A stretch of 43,633 bases of DNA, taken from contig JALAGF010002193.1 in NCBI GenBank assembly GCA_030167865.1, positions 1-43,633 of the forward strand, in the 5' to 3' direction. Numbering within the stretch: position 1 is the stretch's first letter; each line of letters begins with the position of its first letter. Positions 33,828 through 43,633 of the stretch are shown piece after piece. The DNA comes from Craspedostauros australis (lineage: Eukaryota). The position numbers were made by a program, and so were the translations under genes. Below the pieces are notes generated by a model, which saw nothing but the letters and a program-made list of their open reading frames with translations, searched no databases and was not told where the DNA came from.

Positions 33828-35037
33828 TGTTATTGTTGTTGTTATTGTTGTGAAGCTATATCGTTTTGAAACGGATGTACTTTATGATGGGATGGGATGT
33901 AATACCTGGTTTTATTGTAGCTATCTCTCTCGCTCGCTCGCCTCGATTGGGGGCGTCCTTGCTGGTGCCGTTGGCTGGAGACCTTGGAAGTGCTCTGGGT
34001 TTGTGTCCGCAGAAAGAATCACGAGAGATCTTTGGGCTGGGCGTGTTGAGGTGTTGACGCCACAATTCTCCGTTTTGTTCGTTGTTCGTTGTTCGCAGTG
34101 TCGCCCGAACGAGGGAATGGCAACTTGTTATCGAGTCGTGTTTAATTCTCTAGCGTGATCAATTCGATCACTGCCGGCGTCATTGGAAAAACTATTTAAG
34201 CACACATTATGACCTCCGCATGCTCGTGATTTTCCGGCTGTCTGCTTGTCAGGACGTTGGGCGTGTAGTAACCCGCTAGAATACATGATTCGAAAAAGAC
34301 ACAGACGTAGTGCCCACTCAACGAGCTACAACAACAAAGATAGAATCAAGCGTAGAAGAGAAGACAGAGTTGGTGCGTTGGTCTCGTTTCGTGTTCATGC
34401 GGTCCAAAAGCATCGCGCAGCAAGTGTTGCAACGAAGACTTGCTCCGTTGCTGGCAACAGTTCGACAGTAGTCGCAATCATCTGTGCAGATACTGGATGA
34501 TGCGAGGGACATGAGTGACTGTGCATGTCCAATGGTGACAAATGACGAAGGAAAGTTGGATTTTATGGCCCAGGAGTCATTTTGGTGAGGTTATTTGTGT
34601 TGGGGAAGGTATCTTTTTGCACGCGGTCTTTTCCTCTTACGAGCTGAAAACTGGCGGTTGGTACTGATCTTGTGTCCTTGTGCCAAGGTTGCGGTTGTTA
34701 GTTGTTGCGTGCTCCATCATGGGGCGTTAATTGGGAGGACACTTGGCCGTGTTCCTCTCCGTGTTTGACGCAGTCTTCATCTCTGGCGCAAGATCTTGGT
34801 TGGTCTTGGCTGGGCTCTCCGTTGGGTGTGCGACAGATGCAGCAAAAATCAGCGACATCACCACGCACATCGCCGCATCGAACATCAACACAGAAGGACT
34901 GCGACAGTTTCAGCAAGATCACTTTGTGACAAACCATTCAATCAACCGATCAATCAATCAACCGATCAACCACCAAGCGTCAAGCGCCAAGCACCAACAA
35001 CACACAATACAAGCACCAAGCACCAAGCAATCGAAAG

Positions 35038-35232
35038 ATGTCATCGGACAAGGCCAGCAAGGACATGGAGAAGGTTGGGAACTCGTCGTTGGATTTTTCC
35101 ATCCACGTGAGCAAGCACGTCTCCACGGAAGGACCGATGGATCAGAGCTTGTGCGGCGAGGGAAGCTTTGCTTTGACAGATGACGACGGGGCACCTCTCG
35201 ACGATGACAAGACCAAGGAAGGCGGGAAATAG
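35038..35232 (+). CDS. Candidate 64-aa small acidic protein
   Basis: ATG follows a CAA/ACA-rich leader like those of the verified genes here. Codon usage is AAG/GAC/GAG-rich. No family recognised. Confidence 0.5.
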   Translation: MSSDKASKDMEKVGNSSLDFSIHVSKHVSTEGPMDQSLCGEGSFALTDDDGAPLDDDKTKEGGK

Positions 35233-36457
35233 AGCGGTTCATGGTGTCGGCGTTGCTCTGAATGGTGTTGAAGTGCCTTGCGTTGAAGTGCCTTGCGTTG
35301 AAGGACACTGTGTGATGATGCCCATCGAACATGGCACCGTATGGTGCGCCATACCATGTCCCAAGTTGATGGGCGATTCAACGGTGATGGCGAACAGCAG
35401 CAACAATCAAGGCAGGACGTGAACAAACGGAGAGACATAGAGAAGATGAAGATGGCGAAGAAGACCACAGGCGGATGCGCCAACAACACAACAACGTTCG
35501 GCGTTGAACGTTGCACGTTGCGTGTTGGGAATGGTGAGGAACTTATGAAGTTCGCTCATCCATCGATGGTTCATCCTTGATAACAATGACCGGCATCATT
35601 TGGCATACTTGTAATAATACTAAAAGCAGTGGCGTTGAAGGCAGAACCAACCAATCCACTGGAGGTGAAGCAGCGTGCTTGCGACGACCATGGCCGCGTT
35701 CGCAGCCTTCATCCGCCGCAAGGCCCCTGCGTGAAATGCCAACGAACAAAAAGCACGAACTGGAAAGAAGACGATGGAAGGAAATAAAAAAGAAGAGAAG
35801 CGCCAGCCGCAGTGCAACCTATTTCATTTGTAACCAAATGGGTAATTGCATGTGCAGCGGTGGGATGCTGTGGGGGTGATGATGCATTCATGCAACAAAT
35901 TGAAACGCACAGCGGTCCGCCAGCACTTACATACAAGCGCGCCGCGACGTTGTCTCGTTTCAGCAACCACGGCAGACGACCGCAATGCAAGATAGATCAG
36001 GCCAACACGCTGGGCAACTGCGCTTGGATGTACGGTGAACCAACAAAGACGGTGTGTGGAATAAGAGCAAAGACACGTGAGATCCCGCCCGGTGCACCCA
36101 TTGCGCATGGAGGGATCCTTAAAGTATACATAGAACAAATAGCAGTGAATCAATGCCACAGTTGACCATACTGAGTGCAGCCGAGAGCAGTACGAGCATA
36201 ACACTCGGACTCGTACTGTGCCATCAATGCATTGGACGCTTTGAACGTTGCTGATGTAGTGGAATCTAGCCTGTAAATTGCAAATGCATGGTCTACACTT
36301 CGATGTCACAAGGCATATCATCCCCGCCTCTCTTGCCACTCTGCAACGAGACATCGCGGAGGTGGTCCCATTGGTCGTTGCCAAACTGCACTCTTTCTCT
36401 CTCTCTCCGTCTCCGGGAAGAACATGCTATCATTTGTCGCAAGTGGCATAGCATCCC

Positions 36458-37612
36458 TCATTGGCCTTCCATCGCACCATCCTTCACCAACCGCTTGCCA
36501 CCCGCCTTCTCAATCAACCGCGTATCTTCAATGCGGACCTCATGGGACACGGCTTTGACCATGTCGTAGATCGTGAGCGCCGCAGCCGTTGCACCCGTCA
36601 AGGCCTCCATCTCCACGCCCGTCTTGTGCGTCACACGGCACATGCAATGGATGGTCGCGACGTTGCCTTCCAGTTGCACGTCGACTTGGACTTGATCCAG
36701 CGGCAGCGGATGGCACAACGGGATGAGGTCGCTCGTTTTTCTATGATTAGTTGTGTTGTGGTGTGATTGGAGAGAGAGAGAGAATGACAACATGGATGAG
36801 TGCATTGGGGAAACGAAGCAAGCGGAATCACAAACAAGCACTCGATGCGACAGTGTCCCCATCTCCTTTGCGTGTACATCTTGGCATGGGAGGGCTTGGC
36901 AAACGAAGCGAGAGCTGGGCAGAGTGTATCTCCATTGTTTATCCACTGCATCTCCATTGTATGGCACAAGCACACCCAACACTGCGATGTCTCCAAAACG
37001 AACTTACTTCGCGGCCATGATGCCCGCCAACTTGGCAGTGCTAAAGATGGGTCCTTTCGGCCCTTGCATCTCGCTGCCATCCTCCGTGGCAAAGAACGCA
37101 TCCATGACCTCGGGCGGAAACACGACCTTGGCCTGCGCCTTGGCCGTGCGCCTTGTGACTTCCTTGGCGCCCACGTCGACCATATGCACGGAAGATCCAT
37201 CCGACGAAACATGCGTGAATGGCATATCCTGCGTCCGCTGATCGCGAGCCGTCTCTATCTGCTGCAGTTGCTCCGGCGCGATCGTGGCGTTGTTGGGCTG
37301 TCCCCAGGCCTGCAGGTCGTTGTCGGTGAATCCATACAGCGCGTCACGCTCTGCCTGCAGCTCAGCCAGCTGTTCCTGAAAGTCGTCGTCGTCACTGGGC
37401 GGTTTCGAGGAGAACGATCGCAATGCGAGCTTAGTTCCGTTCAGATGGGATGCGGAAGAACTGCTCGCTGTTGCAACACGGAAGGAACGTTGTGAGCCAC
37501 TGGCGTGGTTTCCAATCAAACATCGGCGTGTGGCAGATGCCCTCCTCGACGACGACCCAAAGAGCGAAAGCAAACGTCCCGCAGTACGGATGGAGTGGGA
37601 TCGGGACGTCAT
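36458..37612 (-). CDS. moaC: Cyclic pyranopterin monophosphate synthase (MoaC/CNX3), mitochondrial, 295 aa; exons 37612-37008 and 36740-36458
   Basis: [19 protein letters not shown] and [18 protein letters not shown] phase-2 intron GTAAGT..CTAATCATAG (37007-36741) rebuilds [15 protein letters not shown], then [20 protein letters not shown] and KAGGK. Arg/Ser-rich transit peptide from ATG 37612 (track start 37657 is GTG). Confidence 0.96.
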
Positions 37613-38226
37613 CACTGAATCGTTATGCAAAATGTCTTCGGAGCAGAGGTGGCGCACGGATTCGAGATGCTATAGTCTGCTACGTGTATTCCCAGCGAAT
37701 GCGATACTCGTCGCATGGACGACGCACAGCAACAGTGTGAATGTCTGTTGGAGCTTCTGTGCGCGGCTCGTAGAGTATGATAGAGACAGCCAACGGTGCC
37801 AATCGTCGCTCCTCAGCATGCGCCGTGCCCAATCCTTCTCCTGTGGTGCCTGATGGTTGACAGCAATGATTGGGGAGAAAGGAGAACATCTGCGGATTCT
37901 CGTTCCATTCTGAAAATCAAAACGACTCCTTCGACTACAATGCGTCGTGAAGGAAATTGGCGCCATTTCTCAACGGCAGTACCGGATAACCGGGTGACCA
38001 AAAGCACAACATCCAAACGCACACACAAATGCCAAGAGCGAGAGAGGCTGTGATGGCAGGGACAAACCAACTCCACCATACTATTCTCCATGGATATTCT
38101 GCACTCGAGCAACATCACCCTCTCTGCCACACAACGCACCATCGCACAGCGCACGCCACGGAAAGCCAAGATTGCAGCGTGAAGCTCCAAGCCATACTCG
38201 TACTCGTGGAAGAATAGTGCACCATC

Positions 38227-40038
38227 ATGATTTCGAGACGACAGCGCAACGTGGATGCGAGGGTTGATCGAAGCAAACTGGCCAAGCATGACGCCGTCCG
38301 AAGCCAGCTGTCTGTGCCCACTTCCGCACCCTCAGATGATCCACCGTCCAACGTGATGACACAGCCGTCATCGGCCTTTCAACGGAAGCGAAGGATCAGT
38401 AACCGCATCAGAATTGAACGAACGCCAACGAGCTTCGTGTGCCGAATGTGCTCCATGGCGGTCGCTGCCGTGGGCATTCTGATCCTTCTGCTGCGATTCG
38501 TCAGTGGATTTGGAAGGGACGCTGATGTGATCCTTTCTTTTCAGTCTGACCTGAACCAGGCATTGGACGCTGCGGCCGTTGCTTCAGCTGCGGATGTTGT
38601 TGCGGGTGCAGCTGCCCACAAGCAGACGACAAAACAAGCGGCAGCCCCACAACGTTCGTTTGCCCAAAGAGGAACCCTTGACAACAACAAGAACAACAAC
38701 GTCAGGAACGGTGGCACCAACACAGCACTCAATGAAATCGATCCGTCTGAGGAATCGCCGTTTCTGACTTCCTCCATCGCATCGCATCTCACAGATGATC
38801 ACCTCCTTCGCGAACTCACGGAATGGGTCAAGGCCAACGGCGGATACGTCAATGACAAGATCCAACTACGCCGCGCGGACGTCAACGACCCGAGCTCCGT
38901 GCGTGGCATCTTCGCGAACGAGGACGTCTCAGAAGGCGAGACCTTGTTCACCATCCCTTGGGATCTCATGTACCATACACCTGCCACCAAGAAAATCACA
39001 AAAACTTCGCCCAAATCCGCAAGTGTTCGCAAGACTCGCTTCTTTGATCCGGACACGTGCAAGATGTACGAACAACTGTATCGCGACATGCATTCAGAAA
39101 CGCCATCACCATACGCCAAGTACCTGATGAAGCAGACGCGCAACTACATCCCGCCCATGTGGACTGACGGAGGCAAGGAGACGCTGCAGGCGCTCATCGG
39201 GCCTAGCCTGCCACCATCATGGCAAGTCGACAACATGTACCGTCACAATTTCGTGAAAGGGTGCGCGCATATCAAAAAGAAACTTGAGGACGAGGAAGGT
39301 GATGCCTTTGATGCGAAACTGTGGGATCACGCCTGGATGCTGGCAACGTCACGGTCGGACGACGAAATCCTGACGCCCATCTACTGCATGATCAACCATG
39401 CCAACGGCGAGCGGTACAACGTGCGGCATGAAGTTGATTACGGCGTCACGTTCTCCCTGGTCTCCACCAAAGACGTCGTCGCCAACGGCCAGTACTTCTC
39501 ATCGTACAACAAATGCAATACCTGCCAAGGATGGGACTTGGACTTTGGGACGCCGGATCTGTTCCTTTGGTTCGGCTTCATCGAGGACTATCCGCAACTT
39601 TACGTGATGCATGATTCCAATCCGCAGAACTTTCACGCGGAAAGTAAGAAAAAGAAGCCTTTGGTCGAGATTGAGATCGTCGACGATAACGGCCAAGAAA
39701 CGACTGTCGCAATCCAAAAGATCGATAAGTACCGTCTCAAGTTCGGTATTGAACGCGATCCCGTCACCAACGTACCGCATGCCGTCTTTCACGCGCCCTT
39801 GTGTAAGACCTGCTTGGCATTCTTGCAAGAGCAGCACAAATTCTTGGCAACGCAGCATCGGCACAAGGGCAAGCTCACAAAGCCGGATGGCATGCCGCAA
39901 TGGGAATGGGACGGCGCGTGGAATCTGCACGATGCCTACCTGAACGCCATCACGTTGGCGTTGGAGAAGGCCAAGACGACGACGCTGTCCGAAGAAGTTT
40001 GGGAGAGCGCGGGTTGGTTTGACACGGACACAGGCTGA
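38227..40038 (+). CDS. SET-domain protein lysine methyltransferase (Rubisco-LSMT-like fold) with N-terminal membrane anchor, 603 aa
   Basis: EWVKANGGYVNDKIQLR..RGIFANEDVSEGETLFTIP (SET-N), LTPIYCMINHANG (NH motif), GQYFSSYN and TPDLFLWFGFIEDYP. A single hydrophobic segment MAVAAVGILILLLRFV follows a basic N-terminus. Confidence 0.88.
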   Translation: MISRRQRNVDARVDRSKLAKHDAVRSQLSVPTSAPSDDPPSNVMTQPSSAFQRKRRISNRIRIERTPTSFVCRMCSMAVAAVGILILLLRFVSGFGRDADVILSFQSDLNQALDAAAVASAADVVAGAAAHKQTTKQAAAPQRSFAQRGTLDNNKNNNVRNGGTNTALNEIDPSEESPFLTSSIASHLTDDHLLRELTEWVKANGGYVNDKIQLRRADVNDPSSVRGIFANEDVSEGETLFTIPWDLMYHTPATKKITKTSPKSASVRKTRFFDPDTCKMYEQLYRDMHSETPSPYAKYLMKQTRNYIPPMWTDGGKETLQALIGPSLPPSWQVDNMYRHNFVKGCAHIKKKLEDEEGDAFDAKLWDHAWMLATSRSDDEILTPIYCMINHANGERYNVRHEVDYGVTFSLVSTKDVVANGQYFSSYNKCNTCQGWDLDFGTPDLFLWFGFIEDYPQLYVMHDSNPQNFHAESKKKKPLVEIEIVDDNGQETTVAIQKIDKYRLKFGIERDPVTNVPHAVFHAPLCKTCLAFLQEQHKFLATQHRHKGKLTKPDGMPQWEWDGAWNLHDAYLNAITLALEKAKTTTLSEEVWESAGWFDTDTG

Positions 40039-40586
40039 TGCTTTTAACAGAACAGTGAAAGAGGACATCAGAATCGAAATGAGAGTGCATTCTTGGTATC
40101 ATGCGTAGTACAGTTTCACGAACCCCAATGTAATAGAAAAGTATTGATGAGTATGGGTGGATCCGTTGAATGTTTTTTTTCTGATGAGCGAGAATGCTGT
40201 TCCCTGACAGGAGTTTATCGTGGCGATGCATGGCGAAGCTATGCCATTGATGTTCGTAGCCCGGACGCAGTCAACGTTCGCGACGCTGGCATGAGCATCC
40301 GCACGTATCTTCATTCCGTCATCGAAAAGCAGCGACTCGGGGGAGAGGTCTGGCGTTTTTGTCGATAACATCTCACTATCATGTCCGTTCCTCCCCCAAG
40401 GACGTAACACCACCAATGCCATTTTAGAATTACCGTCCGCGTACTCCACACCAGAATGCTCTTGCTCAAGGTTCTGCGCAATAATCGTCAAAATCGATCA
40501 TGAGTTCTACTCTACCCTATTTTGCGTAGCCTTTATGACACAACTGTACGATTCACGACTGAGAAAGAGAACAATCATGTGATGAC

Positions 40587-40737
40587 TGTTGGTATCCGTA
40601 CACACGTACGATGGCAGACGTTTCTGACAGCAGCAAGAGCTGACACAACAAACATCATCACAACCCTGTGGCCATGAATCCATCATTAGCACAAAATCAT
40701 ACACACCACACTCTCACGATACTGACAGGTTATGGCC
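40587..40737 (+). mobile_element. Putative 5' LTR (40587-40727) and primer-binding site (40728-40737) of a Copia-like retrotransposon relic
   Basis: Starts TGTTGGTATC and ends GATACTGACA. These are 10-bp inverted termini that become perfect (TGTCGGTATC) if two CpG-to-TpG changes are reversed. They are followed at once by GGTTATGGCC, similar to the copia-type PBS GGTTATGGGCCC. No 3' LTR found. Confidence 0.6.
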
Positions 40738-40865
40738 TTTCACGCTCCTCATGAATCCATCTACTTCCTCTCTTCGCATGTTGCTCAAGAACGTCCCATT
40801 CCCTTGCTCCCGCGGTATCCTTCCTCACCCTTTCTCTCTGCTCCCCTTTCCCCATTCCACCCATC

Positions 40866-42319
40866 ATGACTGGTCAAGACTACCCTGCTCTTGTTCCCAA
40901 CAATCTGGCTGATGCCAAGACCATCTCCAAGCGACTTGGCTGGAAGTGGCTCGATGACGCACGCACCGCGATCCGCGTGGCCAGTGACAGTGAGCTCTAT
41001 GACCTCTTCAATGTCGAGGACACTCTCTTCCATGTGTGCATGACCAAGTGGGGTGGCCCCTTGATCCATGTACATGGCATGTGGAAGCTCCGCATGTGGT
41101 ATCATGATCATCGCGATGACGCTGACAATTGAATCGACGTGCATGAGGTGTGCCAGTTCCAGGCCTACCTTTGACGCTCCAGCGCCATCCCAGCAGCGTT
41201 CGACGCTCTCCGTGTGCCTTGCACTGCTCCACCTCAGCCTACACCAGCCTCTACCTGTCAATATGCATAGTTGTTCTCCATGCATATTGACAAAAGTAAG
41301 AAACCAAGTGTCTTTGGGTTCAAGTCCACACTCGAGCTACGGCCGGAAATTGCGTGGATACCGCTTGGCCCAGCTGCTATGTTGTGCATTAGGGCTAGGA
41401 TAGAGCCAGCATCTCCCGAAGACAGTCAGGCCAGTCCCTCTACATGCACAGTCCTTCCCAAAGTATTCACCCAACCAGAGACACTTGGTTGGTTTCTTAC
41501 TTTTGTCAATATGCATAGTGGTTATCTATGCATATTGACACCACCAATGATGAGCGCTCTGGTGTGCTTCCAGCTTCCGTTCATGCTATTGACAGCACCT
41601 CTGCTGCTGCTGCTGGCCCTGGCTGTACTGCAGCAGGGTGATCAAATGGTCTGCGCAACATTTGCATTGGACTTGGCACTGTTGATGAGACTAATGCCAT
41701 GCCAGTGGGTCTCAATCTTCCCTGTCCGCCCTCCCCTCATGGTTGTTGCAAATTCAGGGTAACCCAGTCCCAAGTAGTAGTCTCTGGTCACCTATTCCTG
41801 TTTCTGCATTGTTGGAACTGTGAGTACAAATGTCCATCTCTTTCAATTCCATTTGCCATAGCATACATAATCCACACTAGCACACAGTCTTGTCTTTGCT
41901 CATGTAGTGCTGTCTCCTGCTTCATCATGTCATGCATCATGTACTTCATGTACATCTCATCATGCAGTATTGATGAATCTCATTATGCATCTCAGATATT
42001 CCATCACCTGCTCTCTCATCGCACTTCATCATGCACACCATGGTGTATTGTAGTAGCCTCATTTCGCTCTACATTCATGCAGTACATACATGTTGCTTGT
42101 CACAGGTTTCGTATCTATCGATCCCACTTCATCATCGATCCCTCAGTCTTTCTTGCTCTCATGATCGTCAAGTCACCTGTGGTTTCTCCATCATTCGTCA
42201 AGACTTCTTTCATGTTCTTGGGTGACAAGATGCTCATTTCTCTCTTGGAAGTCTCCAAGGTGTCCCTGTTTGTCATGGGCAAGCAGGGCGTGCCCTTGTG
42301 TCGTATGTTGTTCTCCTGA
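40866..42319 (+). pseudogene. Degenerate gag-like ORF of the LTR relic, interrupted by an insertion
   Basis: ATG about 130 nt after the PBS. In-frame stops at 41130, 41172 and 41639 are all TGA, consistent with CGA decay. Removing 41256-41545 rejoins the frame into ORF 41699..42319. The gag identity is inferred from position only. Confidence 0.55.
41256..41540. mobile_element. 285-bp non-autonomous TIR element (MITE-like) with TG..CA ends and a 5-bp target-site duplication
   Basis: About 65-bp terminal inverted repeats (41256-41320 and 41473-41540). Each begins with a 15-7-15 palindrome TGTCAATATGCATAG-N7-C(C/T)ATGCATATTGACA. Flanked by CTACC / CCACC. Confidence 0.8.
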
Positions 42320-43229
42320 AAAAGGCTCAGTTGTTTCCATACTCCTGATCGCGTTTGGGTTTATCCCCAATGATCAGAGTCATGATTCGCACTTGTTTTC
42401 GGGTGCACATCTGGGACAAGCTGTGTTACTTGATATGACTCGTTGTGTGGGACTGGCCAGGATACAAGGTAGTTCGAGTGTGGTCCACCCGAGTTGATTC
42501 GGCCTAATCCGAATGATGACAGTGGGAGGTGCGGCATTAAAAGTTTTAGATATATTTCTGCACCCTCGATTCTTGACAAGCGTGTCCCTCTTCTCGATCC
42601 TATTTCACCAACTCGGACAAGCGACGAACATTGAAAGAAGCAGTGGATATGTCAACCAACCCAGAACACTCGTTCGTTTCAGAGACGCGAATCTCCAAAC
42701 TGCAGACGTGTCCACGAACACAGCGCTTCCGCTCGGCTGGTTCCTCTTGTTGGCATCGTCTGCAAGAGAACCGCTGACGAAATCAACTGGGATCGAAACA
42801 GAAAATGAACAGGTAGACAAAGCCGTTCTTTGTCTTGACCATTCTTCGATCTATGAACATGCAACAGTTCACTTTGGTTGTTCTCAGTGTGCACATCTCT
42901 GTCTCAAAAAATGTTTGATTTGAGTATGATTGAAGTTCAACGAATGATTGGTGGACAGTTGGATTCGTGATCAAGGAGGAAAAGAGAAGGGGGATGCTGT
43001 GGTGCGATATGTTGAGGTGCGATGGGATGTGGCGTGCAAGTAGTCGCTCGGCGGCTTGGCATTTGGACTCCCGTGATCTGCGCGCGACTACTTTGCGTAA
43101 TCCTCTCCGGGGGCTGCTTTCTCCAGCCACCCAGTCCACAGATCTCATATTCCTTCCACTCTCATTCCATAATTCGAGCAACAGCAACAACAACACAGCA
43201 ACAACACACCTTTGACCACCCCTGCCACG

Positions 43230-43633
43230 ATGACAACAACAATGAACATGACGATGATGAACTTCGATTTCGCAACAGCTTTGGGAGACAACGTCTCAAC
43301 GGTGAGCCTGATCGCTCTGGCACTTGCTTTGGGATGGGCTGCCATCGCCTTCAACAGACCAGCCGCCAAAGATGCCCCTGTCAAGGTCCCTGTCGGGATC
43401 ATGGAGTCCGTCAGACTTCTGGCATCATCCGAAGCACCATGGTGGCACCTCCACCTTCGGAAATCCTTGGGGTCTTCCATCTTCCAGCACAACATCCCAG
43501 TCCCTGGAGGTGCCTATGTCCTCTGCGCTGCGAAAGATCAACGCGAGGTGTATCTCGACAAGACTACGGACAAGCCGATGCCTATCTACGCAGGCTTCGA
43601 AACCATGATCGGACACAAGCAAATGGCGACGCG
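43230..43633 (+). CDS. Probable cytochrome P450, 5' part only (runs off the window)
   Basis: Open frame absent from the ORF track: MTTTMNMTMMNFDFATALGDNVSTVSLIALALALGWAAIAFNRPAAKDAPVKVPVG..APWWHLHLRKSLGSSIF..REVYLDKTTDKPMPIY. It has a TM anchor, a Pro-rich hinge and a P450-like N-terminal pattern. The heme motif lies outside the window. Confidence 0.65.
   Translation, partial: MTTTMNMTMMNFDFATALGDNVSTVSLIALALALGWAAIAFNRPAAKDAPVKVPVGIMESVRLLASSEAPWWHLHLRKSLGSSIFQHNIPVPGGAYVLCAAKDQREVYLDKTTDKPMPIYAGFETMIGHKQMAT

Noticed and set aside
5134-37007. Three introns of similar size (328, 277, 267 nt) as possible introner elements
   Set aside because: I see no shared sequence or terminal repeats among them beyond splice signals.
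30647-40038. Lipid kinase, clpP, moaC and SET genes as a functional gene cluster
   Set aside because: Mixed strands, different predicted compartments and unrelated pathways; ordinary eukaryotic gene neighbourhood.
41256-41540. Palindromic repeats as a CRISPR array
   Set aside because: Only two copies, embedded in inverted repeats, in a eukaryotic context with no cas genes.
42518-42535. Purine-rich GACAGTGGGAGGTG as a polypurine tract before a 3' LTR
   Set aside because: The sequence that follows does not resemble the 40587-40727 LTR candidate.

Overview
Eukaryotic nuclear DNA, almost certainly from a diatom: GT-AG introns, an ASAF-type bipartite plastid presequence, a diatom-type HSF and many microsatellites. 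About 13 genes are supportable. They encode a 4-TM membrane protein, a spliced PsbW, a putative plastid SAM-like protein, neuroguidin/Lcp5, three co-oriented low-complexity proteins sharing short motifs, a spliced HSF, a DAGK/YegS-like lipid kinase, mitochondrial ClpP, a spliced MoaC/CNX3, a membrane-anchored SET-domain protein and the 5' end of a probable cytochrome P450. A 64-aa small ORF may also be real. Near the right end is a CpG-decayed Copia-like LTR retrotransposon relic (LTR, PBS, broken gag-like frame). A 285-bp TG..CA element is inserted into it, with a 5-bp target duplication and 15-7-15 hairpin ends whose loops are flipped relative to each other; this is the most unusual structure I found. 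I saw no rRNA, tRNA or CRISPR array. All family calls come from reading motifs by eye; no searches were run.
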